A DNA stretch of 64,000 nt from Antedon mediterranea (GCF_964355755.1 NC_092676.1:28352871-28416870); one strand, 5' to 3'; positions 13,980-27,158 are shown, numbered from the stretch's first letter. The notes: generated by a model not told the origin, from the sequence alone. Translations and numbers: made by a program.

Positions 13980-14576
13980 AGGCCAGGTGCAGGGAAAAAA
14001 ATTCTATTGATCATACATTCCAATAATTATCAATCTATAGTTTCCCCTATGTTTCATAATTTTGGGGATTTTATTTATTTTACAGGAGCTTGTTGAAAAT
14101 AAGCACTTTCTTATCAGTGGGGGCATAGTTCAAATTACACAGTAAAATCTCTCTTCTTTTGTACACACATTTTGTAAATAGAGAGGCGTTTTAAAAAGCT
14201 ATGAAAAATAAACGGTGTTGTAAAAAATGTTATCAGATGACTAAATATAGGTAATATAACTTGAATTTTACATTTCTTGTATTTTTATTCAACTTCAGAT
14301 TTTTATTTTCCTGCTATAGCAAAAATTATCCATCGTATATCCACCATCTTTTTTCACCTTCTAGGGAGTCACCAGACATGTATTACATTAGGTTAAACTA
14401 CCTAACTACTGAAAAAAAAAAGTTTTCCTGATTTTTATGGCAGAATTTTGCCAAATTTTGTATTTGACCATATTAAGGGAAATTCATGTTTTTTTGTCTT
14501 GATTTCTGTTACAAATAATTGATTTATGTACAATTAACCAGATATTATATTTAAAATTCATGCCTGTACCTGAGCT
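13980..14576. mobile_element. Kolobok-type non-autonomous DNA transposon
   Basis: TTAA|aggccaggtgcagg ... cctgtacctgagct|TTAA. The paralogous unit at about 7476-7495 shows the empty site atgttTTAAaattcacaac. Confidence 0.75.
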
Positions 14577-14879
14577 TTAAAATTCACAACTCTGATTCTC
14601 TGCATTTTAATCGGAGTTTTAAAATACATTTTGCATAACAATCTGATACATGCTTAGGCCTACATTCATGTTATTATTATTGCATTAGGCCTACTTGTTA
14701 TCAATCCGTTTCCATCAGGCAATTCACAGAATATAGAATGAACTAAAGTTACCCCATAATGTTGCACTTAGAACAATTAATGGTAAGTTGTTGTACATTA
14801 TTTATATTTATCACAACTCAAATATTTCGGTGTTAATTTTTAAATGACATTATTATACATTATGCAGTCATGACTGTTT

Positions 14880-15522
14880 CTTACCAAGTGGCATATGAAA
14901 ACGAGCAGGGCATAGAAATAAGTGGATTCGCATTGGAGGAGGTTGAAAATTTCATGTACCTTGGCGCCAGGATACAAGGAGATGGAGATAACACCAAAGA
15001 AATCAGAAGCAGATTGGCCATGTGATTGCCAATCTGGACAATGGACAATGGACAAGATAAAGTGACCAAGCTGTGCATTCTCAAAGCATGTGTCTTTCCA
15101 GTGGCCACAAATGCCCGCGAGAACTGGGTACTGCGCAAGAAGGATGAAAAATCCATCGCAGCTTTTGAAAACAAATGCTACCGAAGGATCCTGCGATTCC
15201 CATGGACTCGGCACCGCACAAACGATAGCATAAGAGAGGAGCTTGGCGTATCAAATAATTGGTTGCTGCAGTATGTTAAAAAGCAGAAATTGTGCTATTT
15301 TGGTCACATTAAGCGGCAAGATGGAATGGAGAAGAGAGTGTTAGAGGCTTATATTCCAGGGAAGAGAAGGAGAGGCAGACCAAAATGCAAATGGCAAAAG
15401 ACTATAACAGATGTGTTTGGCTCTATGGAGCAAGCAAGTAGGATGACAGAAGACAGGAGATAGTTTCAAAATATTGTTAGAGAAGCTAGGCTCTGATTAG
15501 AGTTTGCTTTGACGATGACGAC
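14880..15522 (+). mobile_element. RTE-clade LINE 3' fragment
   Basis: LEEVENFMYLGA..KEIRSRLAM, AFENKCYRRILRFPW, YFGHIKR, GKRRRGRP, followed by a (gac/gat)n tail. Confidence 0.9.
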
Positions 15523-16519
15523 TATATACATTATATGTAATAAAGGAAGTCTTATTCAGTTTTTAATGAACGTAAATGCGTTTTGTCCGGCGTGAACATA
15601 AAGACAAATTAACAATGGAACCAAAATGACATAAGTTCACAAAAATAGCACCACATTTTAAACAAGCAACACAGGATTTAACAATTATACATTGTGCTTC
15701 ATCAGATTAGGAAAGGGTGAAGTGTAATTTCAATCTTCCCTGATCTGATCTATTATTTGTATTGTTACATTTAGGGAATAGATAAAATATAATATCGAAT
15801 TTGTATTTTTACTATACGCTGACTATAACTGTATTTGCTTTATCGATATTTTATAAGCTTTCGTAAACGCAATAGATAGTAAACATAAGGCCCACCTCAT
15901 CTGTGAACATAGAATAATATTTGTATTAGAAAGGCAAAAAACAAATATTATTGTAATTCCTTATTAAGTCTTAAACGTAACAACCCTGCCATGTGGCATA
16001 AAGGTATTAAACAACTATGTAATCTTAAGACTAAAAATACTAATTTCACCTTGCCTGGGCTGTCCAAAGTTGAAACTGCCACTGAGATTAATGCCCTTTT
16101 CTCTAGTGTTTGTAATGCCATCCCTCCTCTTAATTTAAACGATTTGCCTGCTTATCTCCCAGCCCCTGGGCCACCACCTTTAATATATGCTGGTCAGGTC
16201 CTAAAAGCCTTTTGTAATCTTAAGCCTAACAAAGCTGGCCATCCAGATGAACCCCTATTAAATTATATAGAGATTTTGCTCCTGAACTTGCTGAGCCTGT
16301 TGCGGATATCTTCAATCATGCATTGAAGGATGGTGTTTCCCCGACCTTTGGAAAAGGGCTACTGTAGTTCCCATTCCTAAAACTGTGAATGCTAGTTCTG
16401 TCTCTGACCTTAGACCTATTTCCCTTACCTATATTCTTGCCAGGGTATTCGAATCTTTTATTTTTTTTGTCTTGTGTGGGTTCGTCCCACTTTTATTATA
16501 GTTCTATAAATATAATAAT

Positions 16520-16831
16520 ATATGTAAATAAAATAACAGCAGAAAACTTGGTTACTTCATTGATTTAATCACTACAAATTTGTTTCGTACGACCAGCATG
16601 TAGCTGACCGCACTCTTCAGGTGAAATATAGAACATAAGTGACACAGTTGTCTCATAGTGCTTAATAAAAGTGAGTCATCAGGAAGTCGTATACAATAGC
16701 CTATTGTTTTAGATAAACTGTTTGGATCTGCAATTTAGTAAGAATTTTTTCCTATGTCTACAAGTAGAGACTAACTCGTTCTTACCGTTCAGTGAGCATA
16801 GCTCTGGTTGACATATAATAACATACTTTTC
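16520..16831 (-). mobile_element. Penelope-like element 3' fragment
   Basis: The minus frame 16831-16709 reads EKYVIICQPELCSLNGKNELVSTCRHRKKFLL...*, matching the typical PLE C-terminus (LN.RSEL...CRH..KFLL), and is followed by a hammerhead motif. The left boundary is approximate. Confidence 0.8.
16569..16624 (-). ncRNA. Minimal type I hammerhead ribozyme
   Basis: Reverse complement: TCAC CTGAAGA GTGCGGTCAGC TACAT GCTGGTCGTAC GAA ACAAATTTGT A GTGA. It has intact CUGANGA and GAAA cores, an 11-bp stem II, a palindromic stem III, a GUA cleavage triplet and a 4-bp stem I. Confidence 0.85.
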
Positions 16832-19800
16832 ATATATAGGGGCCTACATAAATTACATCTTTTTTTTGTTTTCTTTAATAATATATGTACATATGCACAT
16901 TTATATAATTCTCTTATTTATAAGGTACATTGTTTAAAAATACATATCTTTTGAACAGTATATACATAAGACTAAGATTATTTTGATGTTAAAAAGTAAC
17001 CACATTTACATTCATATACATTTTTAAAAATACAATTAGTTAAAATATGTCGATGGCAATAAAATGACGATAAAAATTGATTTAAAAAAAACGTACTTAT
17101 GAAAAAGTGATTATTGTTGTTTTATTCTGTTCGTGTCCGTGTCTGGGTAGAGAGGCTATAAACTCAGGGGAAGAATATAAAGAATCTTGCCTTTTCACCA
17201 AGAAAAAAATGGATGAGATGAAAACGAAGAATGCAAAAGCTTGAAAAAAGGGTGTTTAGAATGGATAGGATGGAATGATATATATAATGAAAACCGTAAG
17301 GTTAGAGTCCATACACAGTGCAAGTCCAAGGTAATATTTTGGCTCTGTGTGTATGTGAGACGCTTCATACCCGGATGACATATCTTAAAAGTAATATAGT
17401 TACTAGGCCTATATACAATGTATTTAAGAGATACAAATAGTATTTTTTTATTTCATTAATTTAAGGAAATGTTGCTTTATATCTCCCCATTTACATTGAG
17501 CTTTAAAGTAGTAGCACTTATACTCATTTTCAATTAAATGCTTTACTTCAGTAATAAAAAGATTCCAGATCTTTTTTTCATAGTTGTTTCCTTTTTTTTC
17601 AGGTTTTGTTAATATATGCAACTTATATATAGTGAATACAAATAATGAAATCAATTCATTTACAATTATGTTATTCGATCCAGTAATCATTGTAGACCAA
17701 GTTATTGGGTCTTCGTTTGAAAAGCTCTTAGCTATGACATTTTTAAATTTAAGCCATATCCATTGAATTACACTGCATTTATATAACATGTGTTTTTCAG
17801 TTTCAATCTTGTTTATAAATTTATCACATAAATCATTACCTGCTAAGTTCCAGATTTTCAATCGTTTTTTACATTGTAGTATTCTATGCAGAAGTTTAAA
17901 ATTAAATTGAGCAACTTTGGGTATATGTTTTAGTCTATAAACTTTATAGTACCAAACATTACTCCAATCAATGTCTACCTTACCTAGTTCTATTTCCCAT
18001 TTTGTTTGTGAATTTGGTATTTTTGAACATCTATTAATAAAATGATTATAGAAGACGGTTCCTTTATTTTTCATATAAAGTCGTAGACTAGGAATACTAT
18101 TGTCTTCCTTTTTTGTATTATCTTTTTCAATAATTTCTTTCCACTGTTTTGGTATGGCTTTTAACTTTTAACTATTGCATATATATAATTAAGGCGTTAT
18201 GCCTTTTATACAGTTTAGGAAATATTTCACAAGGTGAAAGTACTCTATCATTCATGTAAATATCTCCGATTGTTTTAAACCCAGAAGATAACCATACTTT
18301 AAAATACATAGATTTATTGTTCAATATGATATGTCTGTTTTCCCATAATTGTTGGCTCTTTATTCCATAGTAGTTTTTAGTTTTACATGTATGATATTGT
18401 TTAATTTTACAACAGACTTCATCATATTTCTATAAAATAAAGGCATACTGCCCAAGTTAGCATGCTCTTCGAAATTCAACTGCGTTATGTTAACTGTATA
18501 TTCAATAGGTTGAAGGTAAAACTTTGGAATGCATTTCCATTTACCTGGATCTGGGCTTAAGAGTCTCTTAACCCAGGTTAGTTTGAGAGATTCTATCACC
18601 GAAGTGAGATCTGGCATATTCAAACCACCTTCTTCCACATTTCTAATTAATGTTGTTCGTTTTATGTTTTCTTTTTTATTACCCCAAAGGAAGTCATATA
18701 ACAGTTTTTCTATTTTTGTAATTATTTCCATAGGCACCTCAATAATACTAGCAGTATAGATAAACCTTGATATTGCTAGTGTTTTTATAATAGTAATGTT
18801 ACCAAAAAAACTTAGGTTACGTCTTTTCTATAATTTTAATACATTTTCTAAGTTGGTGATTTTTTTCTCCCAATTTCTGTATTCACATAATTGTTTAACC
18901 CTACATGTATTCCTAGAAATTGTACTGGTTCACTGGACCATAAAATATTGAATGGTTTTGACATATTATTTTTGTTTGAACCAATCCACATACCATTTTT
19001 CTTATTTTTATTTAGTTTTAATCCTGACACACTCTACAGAATAGATCAATTTCATCGAAAAAATATTTTAAACTACTTTCATCTTGCGTAAAAATAACGG
19101 TATTGTCTGCAAGTTGAGCAATCTTTACAATGTTGTCATTTTCGTTATTGCTGTTTGGTAATGTAATTCCTTTACATTTAGGATTTTTTCTTATATTTGT
19201 GGTCATTAATTCTGTCACCAAAATAAATAATATCGCTGATAATGGGCAGCCTTGCCTCACGCCGCACTCCATATTAAAGCTTTCTGAGAGCCATCCGTTA
19301 TTTACTATTTGTATTTTAACACAATTTGTTTCTTTATAAATTACATTTATCCATTTGATAAAAGAATTACCAAAACCAAAATGACTTAAAGTCTTAAATA
19401 ATAGTACTCTATCTAATGAGTCAAAGGCTTTTGCAAAATCTAGAAATACAATTGCACCTGGCATATTGTTTAAGCTTGTAAAGTCTAGTATGTCATTTAC
19501 TAGTCTTACATTTTCTCCCCCAAACCTTTTTTTTTACATATCCTTTTTGATCTTCATTTACTATAGATCCTATAACATTTTGTAATCTGTTAGCTAATAC
19601 ATGGGTTAATATTTTATAATCGACATTAAGAAGAGTAATCGGTCTCAGTTATCTAAGTTTTCTCTTTGTCCCTTTTTATATATAAGGTTTATTATACCTC
19701 TTTTTTGTGTTGTGGATAACTTTCCATTATTATAGTTATAGTTTAAAGAATCACAAAGGATATGTTTTAAATGGTTCCAAAAAGTGCGATAAAATTCTAC

Positions 19801-22800
19801 ACTTAGGTCATCAATACCTGGACTTTTATTTAATTTCATTTTAAAAATCGTTTTTGTACATTCATCTACAGATAGAAGACCTTCACGTTTTACTTTTTCT
19901 TCATCAGATAACATTATATGTATTGTTTAGGTATTTATTCATTTTATCTGCAGGTATCTCTTTATTAGAATACAGGTTTTTATAGAATATAACTTCTTCT
20001 TTCAAAATTTCTTCGTTATTCGAAGTATATTTACCATTTCTTTTTAATACAGCATTAATGTGTTTTCTTTTTGCTTTATTTTTTTCTAATCCTAAAAAGA
20101 ATTTATTATTCTTTTCACCTTTTTCGAACCATTCGATTCTAGACCTTATTTTCGCACCATGTGCTTCTAGAAGGTAGATGTCATCTAACTGTTTTATTTT
20201 ATCTCTTAATATTTTGTTTGTATTTTCAGTGTAGGAAACATTTAATTGACTAGTTAGTTCATCAATTTCATAAAGTAAGTTATTTTTGGGGTATTTCTTT
20301 CTTTTTTTTCCTTTGTACAGTATCTACGAGTGAATTCTTTTATTTTAACTTTCAGGAATTCTCATTGAAGGTCTGGACTTAAGTTGTTTTCATTATTTTT
20401 AATGATTTCTATTATGTGTATTATATTTTCTACGTATGTATCATCATTTAAGATGCTATTATTTATTTTCCAAATTCCTGGACCTTTCACTTGGTTGGTA
20501 TTTACGAGTTTAAGTGAGATTGCTTGATGGTCAGAAAATAAGGAGGGCCTAATATCTGTTGAAAGAATATCGCCATTTTTTTGGAGATCACTAGATATGC
20601 ACCTATAGTCTAATCTACGAAAAGTATCTTTTCGCCTCCAGGTAAATTGTGTTTTATCACCGTGGCACTGTCTCCATATATCAGTTAATTTGTGATTTTT
20701 CATTAATTTGTTAAGGATATTTGATGAATTGTCATATTTTTGATTAGGTTTGCTATTTCTTTGATCTACTTTATGTTGTAAAATACAATTCATATCTCCT
20801 CCCATTATAATGAGTTCATCATTATCATTGAGTAGAGAGACAATTTTTCTATCCAGTTTCTTAAAGAACATTTCTCTTTCTTTATAATTATTAGGAGCGT
20901 ACACATTTATAAGATTTATTACTTTTTCATTAAAACTGAAACTTAAAATTAGTATTCTACCTTCTTCGTCTGTAAATTTGAGTTTAATATCTTTAACATC
21001 TAAGCTAGACTTAAACAAGATAGAAACTCCTTTACTATTTGTTGTTCCAAAGCTGTGGTAGGTTTCGCTTGTTAAGTTGATTCTTGAAGATATTAAGGGT
21101 AAATTAGATTCTCGTCAATTTGGTAGTAGGAAAAAGGCTTCCTCAACTCACTATCTTGTTAGTCTTATTGACTCTACACTCAAAGATGTTGAGAAGGGTA
21201 AATGTTATGTTAACCTATGTGCGACTGACTTTACTAAAGCTTTTGATCGTGTTGATCATAATGTTATTATTATAAAGTTGATTGAACTGGGTGTGAGGTC
21301 GTCCATAATTCCCATCGTCTGCAGCTTTCTCACTTCCGTTCTCTCAACACCAAGTTTGCTGGGATTTTGTTGTGGTGTCCCACAGGGGACATTGCTTGGC
21401 CCTGTATTTTTCCTAGTACTTATTAACGATGCTTGTGTTGATTGCTGCAGACGATGGAAATATGTGGATGACCTCACCCTTGGGGAGGTCGTTCGCAAAG
21501 GTGATTTGCCTTCCATGCAATCCCTGTTAGATGATCTGATTGTTTGGTGTTCATCCAATAATATGATACCCAAACCCTCCAAATGCCATATCTTGGTTGT
21601 CAATTTTCTTAAGGAAAAGTCGGATGATATTATATCGCCTTCTTTTAGTCTGAGTGGTTCCATTTTACAAGTAGTTGATCACATGACGCTTCTTGGTGTA
21701 ATCATTCAAAATGATCTGAAATGGGAACTTAACACTAATAATATTGTGTCTAGAGCTTCTAGACGTTTATTTTTCTTGTGCATTTTGAAGAAAGCGGGAA
21801 TCTTAATTAATGATCTGTTGACTGTTTATATGGCTTATATAAGACCTATTTTAGAATATGCTGCCCCTGTTTGGCATGGCGCTATAACTAAGGATAAGGA
21901 TGTCCAAGTCTATTGAAAAGGTACAAAAGAGAGCATTGCGAAACATGCTAGGTAACAACTATTTGTGCTATGATCATGCATTGTCTGTTACTGGTTTACC
22001 TACTCTTGTTGAGAGAAGAAACAAACTGGTGTTGTCTTTCGGGGAAGGCTTATTAAAATCCGAGCTGTTTAGAGAAATACTTCCCCCTCTTCATAAGCCA
22101 GCTCGGTCTCTCAGATTCAACCGCTTTCTAGAAGTACCTCATTGTAAAACCAGCAGACTTAGGTCGTCTCCAGTTCCCACCATGGTGGATATAATTAATA
22201 GGCACCACTAGCTCTTTTTTAGATATGTAATAAGTGAATGTTTTAAGGTTTTTTATTCATGTATGTTTTTAATTTTATGGTACGATATCTAATTTTAATA
22301 AGATGTTTCTAGTTTTATAGCAATTTGAACTAATTTTTAGTTATTTGTAATAAAATTCATTTCAGTCCTTGACTGTCGTTTTGTAATATATTTTTATATA
22401 CCGAATAAATAAATTTTTAAAAAAACATTTGCATTTTCGTTTTAAGAATTTTACGTAGAATAATTACGTGTTACTTTATAGCCTATTTATGTCATTTTTA
22501 TAAACTTTGATTAAAATGTCCGAAGTATTATATTTGCATTTTCGCTTAAAAATCCTTCAAATATATTTTGATAAAACCCATTTTTTTGCAATTAATTCTA
22601 ATTACTTTAAATGTATTATTATCTATCTACAGATATATTACCCAGAAGAATTTAGAATTTTATTTTGCCTTTGTAAATACATTTTGTTATCCAGGTTTTA
22701 TTACCATTAAAATCTAAGAACAAGATGAAGAAAATCACTCATGAAACAGTACTAAACCTTAGTTTAAGGTTTACATCATATTTTCATCGGATATGTAGCC

Positions 22801-23062
22801 ACTCCCAGTAATGTTTAAACCAATAGAAATTGACGTCTCAAAAAAATCGATTACTTCAAATCAGTTGTTACTTGTCATTGGTCAAATTACTTTTGATCAT
22901 GTATAAATGTTTAATTAATTCCTGTAGATAGAATGAAAAGTATAAATACGACCAAATAACGTTGTTTTAATCCTGACTAAAAGATAGACGTGTACACGCG
23001 TTCAACTGACGAAAGAAAGAAATATCACAGATAACTGTAAAACTATTTTCTGACTAAACAAA

Positions 23063-23734
23063 ATGGCAGAAAATCCAATGAACAATGATGTTAATGCTAC
23101 TTTTAACTTGGGCGGAAATATGTACCAGCTGACAACGTGTACATTTAATAAAATACCTAGTGAGGAGTGGATAGAAGGATGTGGAGTTGACATCTTCTTC
23201 TGTCGAGAAGTTAATCTAGCACAATTGAATAATTTCAATCTGTACGAGCCGAGGTTTGGTACTCGATTCCAAGGGCACACTACAGCAGTATTGGTCAAGA
23301 AAAATAAGTTTCGTCAAATAGAAGTATTACCATTTGAAGATGATTTAGCATGGATGAATTGGCGTTTTTGTCCAATAAAGCTGGATGGTATGATCGTTGC
23401 TGCATGGGACGGCCGATCAAGATTACAAGGTGGCCATATGCCAAAGGAAAAAAAAGAGCAGTGCCTTGACCAACTTCGACGATACGCAATGTCGCTAACA
23501 GAAAAACACAACTTACCAGTTATCATCGGTGGAGCATTTCGCGTAGCACAAATTAATTACGATGATTTACCAGATAATTACATATGTAAGCGCATTGAAG
23601 GTGGAGTAAATAACGATTACTTTTATGTTATTTTTCCAAAAGTCAGAATTGGTTCTATGGTTAACGATAATCGACGCATGTTTGAACTTGTTGAAGGTAT
23701 GTGGTTCATGTTTATTTGTAATCATTTATTATAA
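23063..23734 (+). CDS. EEP/DNase I-fold protein, catalytically degenerate subtype (probable splice donor after 23696)
   Basis: 223-aa ORF that aligns end-to-end with the 47095 ORF, with TYN>TCT, QE>RE, WHG>WDG and GDYN>GAFR. GAAG|GTATGT donor; no signal peptide. Confidence 0.75.
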   Translation: MAENPMNNDVNATFNLGGNMYQLTTCTFNKIPSEEWIEGCGVDIFFCREVNLAQLNNFNLYEPRFGTRFQGHTTAVLVKKNKFRQIEVLPFEDDLAWMNWRFCPIKLDGMIVAAWDGRSRLQGGHMPKEKKEQCLDQLRRYAMSLTEKHNLPVIIGGAFRVAQINYDDLPDNYICKRIEGGVNNDYFYVIFPKVRIGSMVNDNRRMFELVEGMWFMFICNHLL

Positions 23735-24593
23735 TTTAAGCTTAATATAATTTAATATAAGTTGTGAAAAGTGAAAAGAGTACTTTCAGGTGTGCAAATA
23801 TTAAACAATAAATGTAATAATAATTCACTTATAAAAACATAAAAAAGAAGACTTAGCAGCACAGATATATAATAACAATATTTCTTTGATTTGTATACAG
23901 CACCCGCACAGGGGTAAGCAGAGGGCTGAAAAGTTAACAAATCATTGCATCGGACAGTTAGAATTGCAATACTCATTCTGCGTCATCTTATCAAGACGAG
24001 GCTCTACCTCTTAACTGTAAATTCACAGATAGAAATCATTATCAAAACGTTGGTTTGACATTTTTCAATGTATCGATAATAACCAAATGAATATGTTCAC
24101 TCATATTAAAATTAAGCCTATACATTTTACACTTTCACTCACGTCATTTTCTTTTAAGATTCAATATGCTCAAGCATTTCACATCCTGCGCGTGGATGCA
24201 TTCATTGATAAATACCGTAGCTTATCAACATTTTAAACATTAGTATTATAATTGACTAATGAAACATAGAATTTTTAATATCAAATTTACATAAATATAA
24301 AGTTGTTGGTGTAGGCTTATTATAGTTAATTTTCGATTCATTTCTCTATATTTCAGAATACATAGAAATACAACAGTACTTTCAGAGTTTTGTGATTTGT
24401 TTGTTTGTAAACAATTTGGAAAAGATCTAAATAATATTGAAATAGTTTACCGTGACATTTAAAATCTTGTTTTATTTTTGTCATATAGTATTTGAATAGG
24501 CTTTTAATATTTAAGAATGCTGTAGAAAGGTATTTGACAATGATCTTACACTGTCAAGATAGGAAAGTAAATATTCTAAAGCGCTATTTAATC

Positions 24594-25058
24594 AATAAGT
24601 ACTTATTATATAAATACTTATATAATAAGTACTTATATAATAAGTACTTATATAATAAATACTTATATAATAAGTACTTAGTACTTATATAATAAGTACT
24701 TATTATATAAGTACTTATTATATAAGTATTTATATAATAAGTACTTATATAATAAGTACTTATATAATAAGTACTTATTATATAAGTACTTATTATATAA
24801 GTATTTATATAATAAGTACTTATATAATAAGTACTTATATAATAAGTACTTATTATATAAGTACTTATTATATAAGTATTTATATAATAAGTAATTATAT
24901 AATAAGTACTTATTATATAAGTATTTATATAATAAGTACTTATTATATAAGTACTTATTATATAAGTATTTATATAATAAGTAATTATATAATAAGTACT
25001 TATTATATAAGTATTTATATAATAAGTACTTATTATATAAGTACTTATTATATAAGTT
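24594..25058. repeat. 15-bp AT-rich minisatellite built on the palindrome ATAAGTACTTAT
   Basis: Units tataataagtactta and ttatataagtactta, about 30 copies. Confidence 0.95.
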
Positions 25059-25106
25059 ATTCTTATGGTTATAATTGATATACCACAGACACAAGTGCGC
25101 CTCTTA

Positions 25107-25272
25107 AGCCTTGTCTACACTATCAAACTTTATGTGTCAAAAAAGTTTGATGTACCCATACTGTATATGGTAGTGCTATGCTTAAATATGGTAGTGATAT
25201 GACATCATCATGTCCATATATGGGCACATCACATTTTTTTGACACATAAAGTTTGATAGTGTAGACAGAGCT
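25107..25272. mobile_element. PIF/Harbinger (Tourist-like) MITE
   Basis: TTA|agccttgtctacactatcaaactttatgtgtcaaaaaa ... ttttttgacacataaagtttgatagtgtagacagagct|TTA. Confidence 0.85.
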
Positions 25273-25899
25273 TTAGAAAAGACTACTTTGGCATAAAATT
25301 ATGTGTTGTGCCCGTATGCGCAAAAGAATTTTTAATTTTTGTCAATATAAGTTTTCTTGTTTAATTAAGCATTATCTTTGGTAGTATAAATTTATTAAGC
25401 TTACGTGTAGGTCTATTATTTATTAGTTATTTTGGTGGTTGAATTGTTAAAATAAATATACGTAATATACAATACAATGTCTGTTTGTCTGTTTAGGTAT
25501 TTATTATTGAATAAGTAATGCGAGCGTCTTTCCTTGAGGTTCAAAACTGGTCCGGTACTTGTTATATAAGGTACCTGTTTTCTAAATCCCTAATACATAT
25601 TTGATTAAAATACTTGTTTATTTATATAACATAGGCCTATGCCATAATTGTTATGGGTTTAGTATAGTTATACAGTTTTGATTACGATACCTCAAGTATT
25701 TTATTTTATGGTAAGTGTTTGCCCTGTTATTCCTAATATGGCATGACATTCCTGTTGGTCACTGCAAAAAAAAGTGAACGCGCACACAGGGTATACACTT
25801 AAAAAACCTTGATTCCCCGCACTTTGTTATTACCCTTGTAACTAAAAAGAAAATATGCCAAATATCGGTCCGCAAGATGCAAATAATAAGTGAGGATAA

Positions 25900-26381
25900 G
25901 AATGATATCTGAACAACAATCTGATATCATATTCTTTCAAGCAATTAAAGTTCGAGGAATACTCCAACGGTTTACTGACAGCTACATCCACCACTGAGTA
26001 CTGATCAAGAAAGGAAGGTTTCGTATGGAACAAAGAGGAAAAAATATCAGAAACCGTGTTTGATGATGTTTTACCTTGGTCGTCAATGTACCGTAAAACT
26101 GGATGATGTTATCGTTACTACTGCATGGCACGGCAAGTATAAAATAACAGATGTAGACAAAAAAGATGTTTAAGCAAACTTAAGGACTACGCCTTTCTCT
26201 TAGTCAAGGAGTACAACTTACCAGTTATCATTGGTGGAGATTTTAACATAGAAGCAGACAAAAACATCCATGGACGTAAACATAATGTTGATTATTTTTA
26301 TGTTTTCGTCCGGCAAAATATTTATATAATCGGTGAAGTGTCCGCGATCAAACTATCATCATATCATACTATCAATGAAAG
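25900..26381 (+). pseudogene. EEP-family pseudogene (catalytic-motif subtype)
   Basis: Fragments SDIIFFQ, VLIKKGRFR, GRQCTVKLDDVIVTTAWHGK, LPVIIGGDFN and NVDYFY, with stops and frameshifts. AAAG|GTGAGA donor at a similar position to the other copies. Confidence 0.85.
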
Positions 26382-27022
26382 GTGAGAATATTTAAACATA
26401 TTAAAAACAGTTTAACAAACATTTTCTATCCACTCTACAAATTGTTTCATATAAAGATATTGTGGAACCACGTCAGGTCAAGTTCAATATTGAATATCGA
26501 AACGTGGCAGGCTGAAGGCGCTTGACCTTTGACAAGATCGCCTACATTTCTAGTTTTTAACCTTACAATACTTGTATTGTATATTCAGGTACAGCCGCTC
26601 CATAATCTCTTTGCTTTTCTTCCCTATATCTTTTAACATAAAATTGTTTTTACTAACAAACATTACTGTTTATACGCCTAGTGTAGTATGTTTTACATCT
26701 TTAACATATTTTCATAAACATCTTCATATCGTACAACTACTCGTAACAAATTTTCTCAACTTTCTATCATCTAAAAGTCGTAGTTAGTCATGTCTCGGGT
26801 CACATTCTATGGTCACCGTACAGGTAGGCTACTACATTAGTACTTCTATGAATGGATGACTAGCCGGTGACAATAACGCTAGTTGGTCATATATTAATAT
26901 TTATACATAATACATAGGATCGCAATTAAATAAAGTTAACAAGGTTTGTTAACCTTAATGTTGAATTGTATTTTGAATTCATGAAGATCATTAATATGGT
27001 GGTCACTGTAATCGTCAATATC

Positions 27023-27036
27023 AGTTTCCGTTTCGT
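27023..27036 (+). promoter_or_regulatory. ISRE/IRF-consensus element upstream of Ig-receptor copy
   Basis: AGTTTCCGTTTCGT fits AGTTTCNNTTTCNY and lies about 125 bp 5' of the ATG. Confidence 0.5.
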
Positions 27037-27158
27037 ATGGAAACACCGATAATAAAATAACGGTGTTTAAAATAATAAGGAAATAATAACATGAAAACAA
27101 TATATAATAAATATAGGCTTACCCAAAAAGGAAAGACAGAATCAACATACAATTCGAA

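Larger units (their letters stand above)
1..15930. repeat. Degenerate tandem segmental duplication (about 2.5-4.7 kb units) carrying the TM7SF3 3' end
   Basis: The block ttcatcaggcaattcacagaatatagaatg..ccccataatg..cctagaacaattg recurs at about 1, 3850, 7610, 10038 and 14710. Other modules recur in the same order: aaccactcgaat at about 3354, 7298, 9682 and 13697, and cccatctcaaaatttg at about 3157, 6843 and 13070. Confidence 0.9.
16461..21070 (-). mobile_element. Tx1/L1-clade LINE, 5'-truncated within the endonuclease, degenerate ORF2
   Basis: APE motifs NVYAPN, GGDMN, RLDY and SDH (20362-21018); RT motifs KSPGIDD, LDFAKAFD, GVRQGCPLS and LADN; C-terminal C..ETEKHMLYKC. Many stops and frameshifts; poly-T at the left junction. 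Confidence 0.92.
15928..22425 (+). mobile_element. 5'-truncated CR1/L2-group LINE split by a Tx1/L1 insertion (pieces 15928-16460 and 21071-22425)
   Basis: The left piece ends ..VVPIPK..DLRPISLT..ARVFESFI and the right piece resumes VKLILEDIK..RQFG..DFTKAFD..GVPQGTLLGP..YVDD. There is an A-rich tail and a probable TSD atttgtatt/atttgcatt. Frameshifts are present. Confidence 0.9.

Noticed and set aside
24678-25094. 138-aa YNKYL-repeat ORF (and 24492-24692)
   Set aside because: It is a translation of the 15-bp minisatellite, with no evidence of coding function.
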